Shown one piece after another: positions 20,460-31,235 of a stretch of DNA of 64,000 nt (the first letter of the stretch is position 1; each line of letters starts with the position of its first letter). The stretch is from an uncultured Gemmatimonadales bacterium (lineage in GTDB: Bacteria; Gemmatimonadota; Gemmatimonadetes; Longimicrobiales; RSA9). The translations under genes were made by a program, and so were the position numbers. The notes below the pieces were generated by a model. It was not told where the DNA came from. It did no database searches and was given only the letters and a program-made list of their open reading frames with translations. Location of the stretch: assembly GCA_963783305.1 (NCBI GenBank), contig CAWAMW010000002.1, forward strand, positions 800,001-864,000, given 5' to 3'.

Positions 20460-21305
20460 TCAGGATACCGGTCGGACGCCGCCAACCCCTTCCGACTCGA
20501 TCGCCGCCTTCATGGCGCGGTAGCCTTCCTCGATGAAGTAGTCGACGGCGTCGAAATCGAACGTCGAGTACTTCGCCACGTCCGGCCGCACATGCACGAC
20601 CCGCGGCCCCATCCACATGTCCTCCACCACCGCCCGGTGGGCAAACGACATGATGTCCATGACCCGGTGCTGAATGGCGATCAGCCCCTTGTCCACCGTG
20701 TCGGCGGCATCCCGCTTTCGACCGGAGGAGGCGTGCACCGCCAGGATGAGGTCCGCCCGCCGGTCCGCCGCCTTCGTGACCGGGACGGCGTCCATCACGC
20801 CGCCGTCCACCAGATGCATGCCGTTCACCGCCAGGGGCGGATAGAAGGGCGGTAGGGCGGCTGAGGCGTAGATCGCATCCACCAGCGGCACGTCGGTCCG
20901 ACCGCCCGCACCGAACCACACGGTCTGGCCGCTCTCCAGGTCCACCGCGTTCACCGTCAGCGGGATCGTCAGCTCGCTCCACTCGGTCTCTGGGGTGACC
21001 CTGGCGATGTAATCACGCAGCGCCACGCCATGGAAGATCGACTGCTGCCGGATCCCCATGGGAAGCAAAGCCCACCGGTTCACGTCCACGATATCCTTCT
21101 TCACCAGCGCACGCGCCCGCGCCTCCAGATCTTCGGCCTCCGCGCCCCCGGCGATGCTGGCTCCCACCAGCGCCCCGATGCTGGTCCCAACGATCTCCGC
21201 CACCTCCACCCCCGCCTCGCGCAGCGCGCGCCACGCGCCCGCGTGCGCCGTCCCTTTGACACCGCCGCCGCCCAGAACCAGGACCACCCGCTCGCTCACT
21301 GTCAT
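20460..21305 (-). CDS. Patatin-like phospholipase
   Basis: GGGGVKG, GTSIG (catalytic Ser) and VDGG (catalytic Asp). Confidence 0.9.
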   Translation of the reverse strand: MTVSERVVLVLGGGGVKGTAHAGAWRALREAGVEVAEIVGTSIGALVGASIAGGAEAEDLEARARALVKKDIVDVNRWALLPMGIRQQSIFHGVALRDYIARVTPETEWSELTIPLTVNAVDLESGQTVWFGAGGRTDVPLVDAIYASAALPPFYPPLAVNGMHLVDGGVMDAVPVTKAADRRADLILAVHASSGRKRDAADTVDKGLIAIQHRVMDIMSFAHRAVVEDMWMGPRVVHVRPDVAKYSTFDFDAVDYFIEEGYRAMKAAIESEGVGGVRPVS

Positions 21306-21398
21306 GAAGCAAGCTACACTGGCCGGGGCGGGGCGGAAACGCAGGGCTGGCCGGGTGGGCGCCCGCCCTTGCATCGGGTGGCCAGATGGGGTAGTGTT

Positions 21399-21417
21399 GA
21401 GATTGAGAATCATTATT
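21399..21417 (+). promoter_or_regulatory. Fur-family operator-like box upstream of the suf operon
   Basis: GAGATTGAGAATCATTATT matches the 19-bp Fur consensus GATAATGATAATCATTATC at 15/19 positions; it is an AT-rich island in GC-rich DNA. Confidence 0.7.
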
Positions 21418-21561
21418 GGTAAGGCGCCCGCCGGAACAGACGCCGGGGGGGCTTGTTCTGTCGGACGCCACGGCGCGCCCGCTCGGAACGGGGGGTGGTC
21501 GGGCGGGTAGGGATGGGCGGCGGAGAACCGGTAGAGGCGAACCTCGAACGCGAACGAAGAC

Positions 21562-22335
21562 ATGGCGATCCTGAAGATCGAAGACCTGCATGCGCGGGTG
21601 GCGAGTGAAGACGGTACGGAGATCCTGCGCGGAGTGGAGCTGGAGATCGAGGCGGGGAAGATCCATGCGATCATGGGTCCGAACGGCTCGGGCAAGAGCA
21701 CGCTGGCGAAGGTTCTGGCGGGGCATCCTGCATACGAGGTTACGGCGGGCAGCGTGACGTTCGATGGTGAGGATCTTCTGGAGCTGGAGCCGGACGAGCG
21801 TTCGCGCGCGGGTGTGTTTCTGGCCTTCCAGTACCCGGTGGAGATCCCGGGAGTGTCGATTGCCAACTTCCTGCGTACGGCGGTACAGGCGAAGAAGGGC
21901 GAGGAGGAGGTGGACCTGTTCGAGTTCCAGCAGGAGCTGGTGGACAAGATGGCACTGCTGGAGATGGACACGACGTTCGCGCAGCGGAGCGTGAACCAGG
22001 GGTTCAGCGGCGGGGAGAAGAAGCGGAACGAGATTCTGCAGCTGGCCATGCTGGAGCCGAAGCTGGCGATCATGGATGAGACCGACTCCGGTCTGGACAT
22101 CGACGCCTTGAAGGTGGTTTCGGCGGGAGTGAACAAGCTGCACGAACAGCGTGAGGACATGGGAATCCTGCTCATCACGCATTATCAGCGGCTGTTGAAC
22201 TATATCCGTCCGGACTACGTGCATGTGATGATCCGCGGCCGGATCGCGAAGTCGGGTGGCGCGGAGCTGGCGGAGCAGCTGGAGGCCGAGGGCTACGAGG
22301 AGTGGCGCGAGATGGAAGAGCCGGCGGCGGTTTGA
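21562..22335 (+). CDS. sufC: Fe-S assembly ATPase SufC
   Basis: [45 protein letters not shown] and THYQRLL. Confidence 0.97.
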   Translation: MAILKIEDLHARVASEDGTEILRGVELEIEAGKIHAIMGPNGSGKSTLAKVLAGHPAYEVTAGSVTFDGEDLLELEPDERSRAGVFLAFQYPVEIPGVSIANFLRTAVQAKKGEEEVDLFEFQQELVDKMALLEMDTTFAQRSVNQGFSGGEKKRNEILQLAMLEPKLAIMDETDSGLDIDALKVVSAGVNKLHEQREDMGILLITHYQRLLNYIRPDYVHVMIRGRIAKSGGAELAEQLEAEGYEEWREMEEPAAV

Positions 22336-22392
22336 GCTTTGCTGTGATGCCAAGACAGAGGGTGAGTATTTGCCAGGACAGGAGGGCGCCAG

Positions 22393-23811
22393 ATGCCACA
22401 TGATGAGACCGTAGCGAACCTCGGACTCGAGGAATACAAGTACGACTTCAAGACGGAGGACGACAAGAACGTCTTCCGTGCGGAGCCGGGTCTGAGCGAG
22501 GACGTGGTCCGTCAGATCTCGGCGAACAAGGACGAGCCCGAGTGGATGCTGGATTTCCGCCTGAAGGCGCTGGAGATCTACAATCGGAAGCCGATGCCGA
22601 CGTGGGGCGGAGACCTGACGACGCTCGAGGAGACGCTGGACAGCATCTACTACTACGTCCGTCCGCAGCAGAAGATGGAGCGGTCGTGGGACGATGTGCC
22701 GGAGAACATCAAGACGACGTTCGAGCGGCTCGGGATCCCGGAGGCGGAGCAGAAGGTGCTGGCGGGTGTGGGCGCGCAGTACGAGTCGGAGATGGTGTAC
22801 CACTCTCTGAAGAAGGAGTGGGAGGACAAGGGCATCATCTTCGAGAGCATCGAGGAGGGGCTGAGGCAGTATCCGGAGCTCTTCCGCGAGCATTTCGCCA
22901 CGATCGTCCCGCCGGCCGACAACAAGTTCGCGGCGCTGAATTCGGCGGTCTGGTCGGGTGGTTCGTTCGTTTACGTCCCGAAGGGTGTGAAGATCGACAC
23001 GCCGCTCCAGGCGTACTTCCGAGTGAATCAGGAGCGGATGGGGCAGTTCGAGCGGACGCTGATCATCGTGGAGGAGGGTGCGGACGCGCAGTACATCGAG
23101 GGGTGTACGGCGCCAGTGTACTCGAGTGAGAGCTTCCATTCGGGCGTGATCGAAATCGTCGTGAAGGACAACGCCCGGTTCCGCTACGTGACGATCCAGA
23201 ACTGGTCGAACAACATGTACAACCTGGTGACGCAGCGGGCGATGGTAGGTCGTCACGGGCACATGGAGTGGATCGACGGGAACCTGGGATCGAAGCTGAC
23301 GATGAAGTACCCGTCGTGCTACCTGACGGGCGAAGGTGCGCACGGATCGATTCTGAGCATCGCCTATGCGAGTGACGGTCAGCATCAGGACACCGGTGGG
23401 AAGGTGGTCCACGCGGCGCCGAACACGACCTCACAGATCATCTCGAAGAGCATCAGCGTGGGCACGGGGCGCTCGACGTACAGGGGTCTGGCGAAGGTGT
23501 ACGAGGGTGCCACGAACGCCAAGAGCAACGTGGAGTGTGACGCGCTGCTGTTGAACGAGACGAGCCGGACCGACACTTTCCCATACATCGAGATCGAGGA
23601 GAACACCGCGAGCATCGGTCACGAGGCCAGTGTATCGAAGATCGGCGAGGAGCAGCTCTTCTATCTCATGAGCCGTGGTCTGGCGGAGGACGAGGCGGCG
23701 GCGCTGATCGTGCGCGGGTTCATCGAGCCGATCAGCAAGGAGCTGCCGCTGGAGTACGCGGTGGAGTTGAACCGACTGATCGAGCTGGAAATGGAGGGCT
23801 CCGTTGGCTGA
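22393..23811 (+). CDS. sufB: Fe-S assembly protein SufB
   Basis: [23 protein letters not shown] and [23 protein letters not shown]-terminus. Confidence 0.97.
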   Translation: MPHDETVANLGLEEYKYDFKTEDDKNVFRAEPGLSEDVVRQISANKDEPEWMLDFRLKALEIYNRKPMPTWGGDLTTLEETLDSIYYYVRPQQKMERSWDDVPENIKTTFERLGIPEAEQKVLAGVGAQYESEMVYHSLKKEWEDKGIIFESIEEGLRQYPELFREHFATIVPPADNKFAALNSAVWSGGSFVYVPKGVKIDTPLQAYFRVNQERMGQFERTLIIVEEGADAQYIEGCTAPVYSSESFHSGVIEIVVKDNARFRYVTIQNWSNNMYNLVTQRAMVGRHGHMEWIDGNLGSKLTMKYPSCYLTGEGAHGSILSIAYASDGQHQDTGGKVVHAAPNTTSQIISKSISVGTGRSTYRGLAKVYEGATNAKSNVECDALLLNETSRTDTFPYIEIEENTASIGHEASVSKIGEEQLFYLMSRGLAEDEAAALIVRGFIEPISKELPLEYAVELNRLIELEMEGSVG

Positions 23812-25120
23812 GGTTGCAACGGCCCCGAATGCTACCGAGGGCCTGATGAAGATCGACAGAGAGGGAGCGCTCGCCGGATCCGCAGGACAGCCCGACTGGC
23901 TGCGTGAGCGCCGGTCGGCGGCCTGGTCGGCATTCGAGCGCCTGCCGCTCCCGACGAAGAAGCTGGAGGAGTGGCGCTATACGGACGTGGCGCAGCTGAA
24001 GCTGGACGAGGTCCGGCTCGCGAAGCCCACAGGGGAGGTACCCGCGGAAGCGCGGTCGCTGCTGGCGGAGAAGGAAGCTGCGGCGAAGGTGTTGATGGTC
24101 GGCCCGCGAGTGGTGGATATCGAGGTCGACCCGCGCTGGGCGGAGCAGGGTGTGATCGTAGCGGACCTGGCGACGGCAGCGGCCGAGCACCCGGAGCTGG
24201 TGCGGAAGCACCTGGGCAGTGCGGTCGCGATGGATCAGGACAAGCTGGCTGCGCTGAACGGCGCGGCGTGGGCGGGCGGTGTGTTCGTGTACGTGCCGGC
24301 CAATGTCGAGATCAAGGACCCGATCCGGGTGGCGCGCTGGCTGCCGGAGAGCGGTGTGGCGGTGTTTCCGCGCACGCTCATCGTGGCGGAGCGGCACAGC
24401 CACGTCGCGTACGTGGACGAATTCGCTTCTCCGGACTTCGACGAGCCGACACTCTCGCTGGGTGCGGTGGAGGTCATTGCGGACGAAGGCGCGGATGTCC
24501 AGTACGTGGCGGTGCAGCAGTGGGGCGCGGGAGTGCGCCACCTGTCCATCCAGCGCACGCTGGCGCAGCGGGACGCGAACCTGGACACGCTCGTGGTCAA
24601 CCTCGGCGCGACCGTATCCCGTGTGGATCTGAACGCGCGCCTGGAGGGTCCGGGGGCCCGGAGCGACATGCTCGGCCTCTATTTCGCCCGTGGCGACCAG
24701 CACTTCGACCACAATACCCGGCAGGACCACGTCAGTCCGAACGCCAACAGCGACCTGCTGTACAAGGGTGCGCTGTACGACCGGTCGAAGACGGTGTTCC
24801 GGGGCGTGATCCGGGTCTTCCCGAACGCGCAGCGGACGGACGCGTACCAGACGAACCGGAACTTGCTGTTGAGCGAGAACGCGGAAGCGGTGTCGCTGCC
24901 GAACCTCGAGATCGAGGCGGACGACGTGAAGTGCTCGCACGGCGCCACGGTGGGTCAACTGGACGAGGAGGAGTTGTTCTACCTGCAGAGCCGTGGTCTG
25001 AACAAGCGGCAGGCGGAGCGGCTGGTGATCTTCGGGTTCTTCGGCGAGGTCCTGGACCGTCTACCTCTGCCGGGAGTGGTCGAGGAGCTGAAGCGGGCGA
25101 TCGAAGCCAAGATCCGCTGA
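23804..25120 (+). CDS. sufD: Fe-S assembly protein SufD
   Basis: [26 protein letters not shown] and LFYLQSRG. Confidence 0.95.
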   Translation: MAEVATAPNATEGLMKIDREGALAGSAGQPDWLRERRSAAWSAFERLPLPTKKLEEWRYTDVAQLKLDEVRLAKPTGEVPAEARSLLAEKEAAAKVLMVGPRVVDIEVDPRWAEQGVIVADLATAAAEHPELVRKHLGSAVAMDQDKLAALNGAAWAGGVFVYVPANVEIKDPIRVARWLPESGVAVFPRTLIVAERHSHVAYVDEFASPDFDEPTLSLGAVEVIADEGADVQYVAVQQWGAGVRHLSIQRTLAQRDANLDTLVVNLGATVSRVDLNARLEGPGARSDMLGLYFARGDQHFDHNTRQDHVSPNANSDLLYKGALYDRSKTVFRGVIRVFPNAQRTDAYQTNRNLLLSENAEAVSLPNLEIEADDVKCSHGATVGQLDEEELFYLQSRGLNKRQAERLVIFGFFGEVLDRLPLPGVVEELKRAIEAKIR

Positions 25121-25434
25121 TGGCGTTCGTCAAGGTGGCGAGTCTCGACGAAGTTCCGAAGCGGGGGCTCCTGGACGTGGAGGTAGACGGGGTGAAGCTG
25201 GTGCTGGTGGCGACGGGTGACGGCGTGTACTACGCGCTCAAGGACCAGTGCTCGCACCAGAACTATCCGCTGTCGGATGGTGATCTCCTCGACGGGGGTC
25301 GCGTGGAGTGCCAGTATCATGGGGCCAAGTTTGACGCCGCGAGCGGCCGTGCGGTCGCGCTGCCGGCGATCCGCCCGGTGAAGACGTACGAGGTGAAGGT
25401 CGAGGACGGCGAAATTCTGGTGGACCTGGGGTGA
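25120..25434 (+). CDS. Rieske-type ferredoxin
   Basis: CSH...CQYHGAKFD Rieske ligands; the ATG overlaps the sufD stop. Confidence 0.9.
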   Translation: MAFVKVASLDEVPKRGLLDVEVDGVKLVLVATGDGVYYALKDQCSHQNYPLSDGDLLDGGRVECQYHGAKFDAASGRAVALPAIRPVKTYEVKVEDGEILVDLG

Positions 25435-25435
25435 G

Positions 25436-26728
25436 ATGAGCGATCCTGAGGGGACTGGTGGAGGCGGGGCCACGGTGACGGCGGACGCCGGTGACCGTGG
25501 CCCTTCTTCGTTCGACCCGGAAGCGGTGCGGGATCGTTTCCCGATTCTGCGTTCGTCGAACGGGGAGCGCCTGGTGTACCTGGACAGCGCGGCCACGGCG
25601 CAGCGCCCCGACGAAGTGATCGACGCGGTGTCGGCATTCTATCGGAGCGACAACGCCAATGTCCACCGCGGGATCTACGACCTGTCCCGTCGGGCGACGG
25701 AGCGGTTCGAGGGCGCGCGCTCGACGGTCGCCCGGTTCTTGAACGCGCCGGACCCGGCGCACGTGATCTGGACCCGCGGTACGACGGAGGCCATCAACCT
25801 GGTGGCCGCCACGTGGGGTCAGGAGAACATTGGTCAGGGCGACGAGATCGTCCTCACGCGCATGGACCACCACTCCAACCTGGTGCCGTGGCAGCTCCTG
25901 GCGCAGCGGAACGGCGCCATCATCCGGTACGTGGACATCGATGGCGAGGGGCGGCTGCGCGTCGACCAGTACGATGACCTGCTGGGCGAGCGGACGAAGC
26001 TCGTGGCCATCAACCATGTATCGAACGCGCTCGGAACGGTCAATCCGGTGTCGGAGATCGTGGAGCGGGCGCGTTCGGTGGGAGCCCGCGTGCTGGTGGA
26101 TGGGGCCCAGGGGGCTCCGCATATCCCGGTGGACGTCCAGTCCATGGGGTGCGACTTCTACGCGCTTTCCGGTCACAAGATGGGCGGCCCCATGGGCATC
26201 GGGGCGCTCTGGGGGCGGAAGGAGTTGCTGGAGTCGATGCCGCCGTATCAGGGTGGCGGCGAGATGATCGACGAAGTGCACGATGACTACTCGACCTGGG
26301 CCGAGTTGCCGCACAAGTTCGAGGCGGGCACGCCGAACGTCGCCGGGGCCGTGGGGATGGCGGCCGCGGTCGAGTTCATGGAGGCGCTGGGCCCGGCGGC
26401 CGTGGAAGCCCACGAACGGCGTCTGGTGGAGTACGGCCTCGAACGGCTGGGCGCCGTCGAAGGTCTGCGACTCTTCGGCCCTTCGACGCCGGATGCGAGG
26501 GTGGCGGTCTTCTCGTTCGCGATGAAGGGGGTGCACCCCCACGACGTCGCGACCATCCTGGACGCCGAAGGCATCGCCGTGCGGGCGGGTCATCACTGCA
26601 CCCAGCCGCTCATGCGCTGCCTGGGCGTACCGGCGACCACGCGGGCCTCCTGCTGGGTCTATAGCACAGAAGCGGACCTGGATCGTCTGGCAGAGGGCCT
26701 GGCGCAGGCCAGCGAGATCTTCGGGTAG
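25436..26728 (+). CDS. sufS: Cysteine desulfurase SufS
   Basis: YLDSAAT, DGAQ, SGHKM (PLP Lys), FEAGTP and RAGHHCTQPL (catalytic Cys). Confidence 0.95.
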   Translation: MSDPEGTGGGGATVTADAGDRGPSSFDPEAVRDRFPILRSSNGERLVYLDSAATAQRPDEVIDAVSAFYRSDNANVHRGIYDLSRRATERFEGARSTVARFLNAPDPAHVIWTRGTTEAINLVAATWGQENIGQGDEIVLTRMDHHSNLVPWQLLAQRNGAIIRYVDIDGEGRLRVDQYDDLLGERTKLVAINHVSNALGTVNPVSEIVERARSVGARVLVDGAQGAPHIPVDVQSMGCDFYALSGHKMGGPMGIGALWGRKELLESMPPYQGGGEMIDEVHDDYSTWAELPHKFEAGTPNVAGAVGMAAAVEFMEALGPAAVEAHERRLVEYGLERLGAVEGLRLFGPSTPDARVAVFSFAMKGVHPHDVATILDAEGIAVRAGHHCTQPLMRCLGVPATTRASCWVYSTEADLDRLAEGLAQASEIFG

Positions 26729-26808
26729 ACCCCGCAGGAGAACCGAATGAGCGCGCCCGATCCCGGCTATCGAAGCCTCGAACCCGAGTCCTGAATCCTG
26801 AGCCCGTC

Positions 26809-27258
26809 ATGATCGATCGCTCCACACCCGCCCTCGGTGACCTCTTCCAGGACATCATCCTGGAGCATTACAAGCGCCCACGGAACAAGGGATCGCTGGA
26901 TGAAGCTACGGTGGACGTGCACATGAACAATCCCACCTGTGGCGATGAGATCCACCTCTTCCTGAAGGTCGAGGACGGGATCGTCCGGGATGTGGCGTTC
27001 GAGGGTGAGGGGTGCTCGATCTCGCAGTCATCGATCTCGATGATGACGCAGATCCTGAAGGACCAGCCGATCGAGGATGGCCTCCGGATCGCCGAGCGGT
27101 TCAAGGAGATGATGCACGGCGATGAGGCGGCGGCGAAGGACAAGGAGCTGCGCGATGCGCGGGCGCTGGCGGGTGTGAGCAAGTTCCCGACGCGCGTGAA
27201 GTGCGCGCTCCTGGGCTGGAACGCGTTCGAGGAAGCGGTCCGTACCGACCGGGACTGA
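26809..27258 (+). CDS. sufU: SufU sulfur-transfer/scaffold protein
   Basis: NPTCGDEI, GCSISQSS and RVKCALL. Confidence 0.93.
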   Translation: MIDRSTPALGDLFQDIILEHYKRPRNKGSLDEATVDVHMNNPTCGDEIHLFLKVEDGIVRDVAFEGEGCSISQSSISMMTQILKDQPIEDGLRIAERFKEMMHGDEAAAKDKELRDARALAGVSKFPTRVKCALLGWNAFEEAVRTDRD

Positions 27259-27267
27259 GCGCCGGCG

Positions 27268-28653
27268 TCAGAACTCGTCCAGCAGCCAGAACCGCTCGCG
27301 GGTGGCGAAGGCCGCATCGAGCAGTCGTCCATCCCCGGCGATGGAGGCCGACCCGAGGCGTACGGCCTCGGTGGGTGGTATTTCCCCCACGAAGATCCGG
27401 GCAAACGTGGGCGCGTCGGTGCTCAGCGACGCCTCGGGGCGTGCCGGATCCCCGGTCGTCCCTCCATCCCCGGCCTCCACGATCGCCCCCGTGCCCTGCC
27501 CCCGGAGCCGCACGGTCCACGGCCCCGTGTTGGTCGGGAGCTGAGCGTCGGCGACCGTGATGCGGAGAACGCCGTCGCGCGGGTCCGGCCGCCCCGCCGC
27601 CGCGCCCATGGGGGCGGGCGGGTCGGCGTTGAACCACGGCCGGAGTCGAAGGGCCGCCGCCACGTCGAGCAGCCGGAACATCGGCCCCTGCACGATCCGG
27701 GCGGTGGGGAAGTAGAGCGAGCGCACCTTGCCGTGGCCGGGGGGCCGTGGATCCGAGAGGCGGTCGGCGAAGCGCTCGTGGGGGCGGGCGAAGTGCCGGG
27801 CCACCGGCCAGCCTTCGTGTTGCGCCGCGACATATCCGAGCAATCCTCTGTACGCATGCTCCGTCTCCGCCACCAGCTCCCGCACCACGAGCGCGCGTCG
27901 GGCACTTGCGCGGTCGCTGGAATGGCGGAGCAGCGCGTAGCCGGTGATCCCATTTTCGTCGAAGACGACAGCGCGCAGCTTCGGGTTGCCAGCGAATGGC
28001 GCGCTGCGCTCCTGGGACAGCAGGCGCACGCCCAGCTCTTCGGCCGCCAGCCGGTAGGCCCAGATCCGCGCGTCCCGGCTGATGGGTCCGTTGGAACGCT
28101 CCGCTACGCGCGCGTAGCAGGCGGCGATGGCGTCGGTATCGCTCGGCCCGGCCGGTCTCACGTGACGGGATTCTTCGGAATAGCGCGGCAGCGCACGTGT
28201 GTGGAACCGGTGGTCGTGCAGCGCGCCGACCTGGCCCCAACCGAGCCGCCGGTAGTACTCGGGGCGAAACGGGTAGAGGGCGCTGGCGAGATCGCCGCGC
28301 GCGGCGGCGGCGTGGATCGCCTCGTGACACAGGCGCTCGCCGAGCCCCCTGCGTCGGTGCTCGGAGGCGATGGCAACGGCGGCCAACCCCATGAGGGGGA
28401 AGGCCTCTCCGGCCACGTGCCCTTCCAGGCGATAGAGTTTGGCGGCGCCGACGAGGGCGCCCCCACCGCCTCGCAGGACCAGCACTGTCTCCAGGCCACC
28501 GTACCGGCCGCCGCTCTGCAGCATGGCCATGCGCTCCTCGACCGTACGGCTCCCGGGGAAGGCGTCGCACCAGAGCTGGGCCACGTCACGGGTGTCGGAA
28601 GCACGCGCCTGCCGGACCTCGTAGTCGGCGTCCCTGCTCTCGTTGTGCGTCAT
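27268..28653 (-). CDS. Eis-like tandem GNAT acetyltransferase with SCP2-like C-terminus
   Basis: GLAAVAIASEHRRRGLG, SALYPFRPEYYRRLGW, MFRLLDV and a C-terminal DEF. Confidence 0.85.
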   Translation of the reverse strand: MTHNESRDADYEVRQARASDTRDVAQLWCDAFPGSRTVEERMAMLQSGGRYGGLETVLVLRGGGGALVGAAKLYRLEGHVAGEAFPLMGLAAVAIASEHRRRGLGERLCHEAIHAAAARGDLASALYPFRPEYYRRLGWGQVGALHDHRFHTRALPRYSEESRHVRPAGPSDTDAIAACYARVAERSNGPISRDARIWAYRLAAEELGVRLLSQERSAPFAGNPKLRAVVFDENGITGYALLRHSSDRASARRALVVRELVAETEHAYRGLLGYVAAQHEGWPVARHFARPHERFADRLSDPRPPGHGKVRSLYFPTARIVQGPMFRLLDVAAALRLRPWFNADPPAPMGAAAGRPDPRDGVLRITVADAQLPTNTGPWTVRLRGQGTGAIVEAGDGGTTGDPARPEASLSTDAPTFARIFVGEIPPTEAVRLGSASIAGDGRLLDAAFATRERFWLLDEF

Positions 28654-28890
28654 TGGCTCGCTCCGTGGCGGTGGGTCCGGGGGACCGCCCCAACGGTACG
28701 CAATGGAGCCGCCCGTAGCGAGCGCGGATGCCGCCGCTGGTGCCGGGCTCCAGCTCCGGCCGTGGCTCGATGATTGCCCCGGTGCCAGGTCGCAGCACCA
28801 GGTCGCAGTCCGGAGTGGCGTACACGTGGAGGCACGATGGCGGAGGGACCACAGGAGTCGGAGGGGAGATCGGCGGCGGGGGGCGAAGCC

Positions 28891-30246
28891 ATGGACATGA
28901 GCGGCGAAGCTTCCGGAGAAGGCGAGGGTCGCGTTCCGGCCGCACGGTCCGGCGCGGGTCGGATCGGCCGGCGAGTGGCGGTCATCGAGGGCTGTCGTAC
29001 GCCGTTCGCGCGCTCGAACACGGTGTTCCAGGAGATGACGGCGATCGACCTGGGGACGCTGGCCGTGCGGGAGCTGCTGAACCGGTCGGAGATCGAGGGT
29101 GATGCGATCGACGAGGTGGTCTACGGCACCGTTGTGCACTCGGTGCAGGCGCCGAACATCGCGCGTGAGGTGTCGCTGAAAGCGGGGATCTCGCCGAAGG
29201 TGCCATCCTTCACGGTGAGCCGTGCCTGCGCCAGCTCCAACCAGTCGATCACGAGCGGCGCCGAGAAGATCGCCCTGGGACAGGGCGATGTGGTGGTGGC
29301 GGGCGGCGCCGAGTCGCTTACCGACATTCCGATCATGGTATCCAAGCCGCTGCGCGATCGGCTGGTGGCGGCCTCGAAGGCGAAGACGCTGGGTGCTCGG
29401 GTGAAGGCCTTCGCCGGATTCCGCCCGAGCGAGCTGGCGCCCATGACCCCGGCGATCGCGGAGCCATCCACGGGCGAGACCATGGGGGAAAGCGCCGAGC
29501 GGATGGCCAAGGAGAACGGGATCAGCCGCGAAGAGCAGGACCGCTGGGCGCTGCGGAGCCACCAGTTGGCGGCGGCAGGGACCGCGGATGGCCGACTGAC
29601 GGCCGAGATCGTGCCCGTGTACCTCCCGCCGGATTACGAGGAGGTGGTGGAATCCGACAACGGGATCCGCACGGACACGAGCATGGAAAAGCTCGGGTCG
29701 CTCCGGCCGGCGTTCGACCGAAAGTACGGCTCGGTGACGGCGGGGAACGCCTCACCGCTGACGGATGGCGCGTCGGCGGTCCTGCTCATGAGCGAGGAGC
29801 GCGCGCGGGCCGAGGGGCGGGATCCGCTCGGCTACATCCGGAGCTGGGCGTACGCGGCGCTGGCTCCCAGCGACCAGCTGCTCCAGGGCCCCGCTTTCGC
29901 GATACCCGCCGCGCTCGACCGCGCGGGTCTCTCGATGAGTGACATCGACCTCTGGGAGATGCACGAGGCGTTCGCCTCTCAGGTGCTCAGCAACTTGCAG
30001 TGGCTCGACTCGGACACGTTCGCGCAGGAAAAACTCGGTCGGCCGAAGAAGGTGGGAATCCTGCCGGAGGACCGGATCAACGTGATGGGCGGGAGCATCG
30101 CCATCGGCCATCCGTTCGGTGCGACGGGAGGGCGCCTGACCGTGACTCTGCTGAACGAGATGAGGCGTCGGGACTCGCAGTTCGGGCTCATCAGCGTATG
30201 CGCCGCCGGAGCGCTGGGATTCGCCATGGTCGTGGAGCGGGTCTAG
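28891..30246 (+). CDS. fadI: Acetyl-CoA C-acyltransferase (FadI-type thiolase)
   Basis: RTPF, VSRACASS, AGNASPLTDGA, MHEAFA, GHPFGATG and CAAG. The start codon is uncertain. Confidence 0.85.
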   Translation: MDMSGEASGEGEGRVPAARSGAGRIGRRVAVIEGCRTPFARSNTVFQEMTAIDLGTLAVRELLNRSEIEGDAIDEVVYGTVVHSVQAPNIAREVSLKAGISPKVPSFTVSRACASSNQSITSGAEKIALGQGDVVVAGGAESLTDIPIMVSKPLRDRLVAASKAKTLGARVKAFAGFRPSELAPMTPAIAEPSTGETMGESAERMAKENGISREEQDRWALRSHQLAAAGTADGRLTAEIVPVYLPPDYEEVVESDNGIRTDTSMEKLGSLRPAFDRKYGSVTAGNASPLTDGASAVLLMSEERARAEGRDPLGYIRSWAYAALAPSDQLLQGPAFAIPAALDRAGLSMSDIDLWEMHEAFASQVLSNLQWLDSDTFAQEKLGRPKKVGILPEDRINVMGGSIAIGHPFGATGGRLTVTLLNEMRRRDSQFGLISVCAAGALGFAMVVERV

Positions 30247-30305
30247 CCCGCCGCGTCAGGAGCCGGGCTGTCCCTCCTCGAGGGCGTGCGCCGCGCGGGC
30301 TGAAC

Positions 30306-31235
30306 TCACCCCCGCGGAAGGAGCGACACTCGCCGGAGTGTGCGCCAGGCGATGAGGGCGCGTCGTTCGGGCGCCTCACCGCCCCAGGAGCCGTCGTCGC
30401 TCTGGGTGGACTGCAGCAGATCGGCGCCGTGCACGAGCGCCCGCCGCGCCTGCTCAGGCGCCACTCCCAATGCGTCGGCAGCCCGGAACAGCTCCAGCGC
30501 CTGAATGGGGTCGATCTCGACCCAGCTGCCGTCCCCGCGCTGCTTCCCGCTCACCAGGAGCACACCTCTCCGGGCCTCCTCGCGGTCTTCCTCGACGGGT
30601 GAACGCATCAGAACGCGCACGGCGGCGAGGAAGCAGGCGAGGGTGAGGTCGTGGGGTGGGGATTCGGGCCAGAGCGATGCCACCCGGCGGACGCCCTCCA
30701 GGTGGAGCCGTATGTCGGCCGTATCGCGCTGCCACGAGAGGTGGCACTCGAGCGCCGCCAGTGAGGCGATGAAGCGAGCGGGCGAGTCACCGATGACGCG
30801 GGCCCCGCTACGGAGGGGCGCGCTCTCCAGCGACGCCTCGGGCGGTGCGGGCGAGAAGAACCCACCGAGGAAATGGTGGCACGTGCCCCGGCGGTGTCGC
30901 GTTGGGGTGCAGCCATCGGTCCATGCCCCGGGTACGCCGCGGCGGGCGCGGAGCCAGTCGAGGGCGCGGCCGATCCCGGGATCCTGCTCACGGAGCGCGG
31001 CGGCGGTGCGTATCTCCATGATGTCCAGGAGGGCATGCGCCGTGGCCGTGAGGTCGCCCCCCCAGGCGCCGGCCGCGTCCTGATCGGCGAGGACCCGGCC
31101 CACCCACCGCCGTGCGTCCTTCGGGTCCGTGGCGACCCCGGCTTCGTAACCGGCAATGATGGCTTCAGGGGAGTCGCGAGACACGAGCCACGCGAGCGCG
31201 GCGTCCATGGTGCGGTCGATGTCGACGCGGGTCAT
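30306..31235 (-). CDS. Hypothetical protein with prenyltransferase/squalene-cyclase-like QxxDGxW repeats
   Basis: QDAAGAW, QRGDGSW and QSDDGSW repeats. Confidence 0.6.
   Translation of the reverse strand: MTRVDIDRTMDAALAWLVSRDSPEAIIAGYEAGVATDPKDARRWVGRVLADQDAAGAWGGDLTATAHALLDIMEIRTAAALREQDPGIGRALDWLRARRGVPGAWTDGCTPTRHRRGTCHHFLGGFFSPAPPEASLESAPLRSGARVIGDSPARFIASLAALECHLSWQRDTADIRLHLEGVRRVASLWPESPPHDLTLACFLAAVRVLMRSPVEEDREEARRGVLLVSGKQRGDGSWVEIDPIQALELFRAADALGVAPEQARRALVHGADLLQSTQSDDGSWGGEAPERRALIAWRTLRRVSLLPRG

Noticed and set aside
23971..25119. Long N-terminal extension on the Rieske ORF suggesting a fusion
   Set aside because: Out-of-frame overlap with sufD; the real start is the ATG at 25120.
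26776..26803. Degenerate heptamer repeats (CCTGAAT-like) between sufS and sufU
   Set aside because: Only about four divergent units; no function can be supported.
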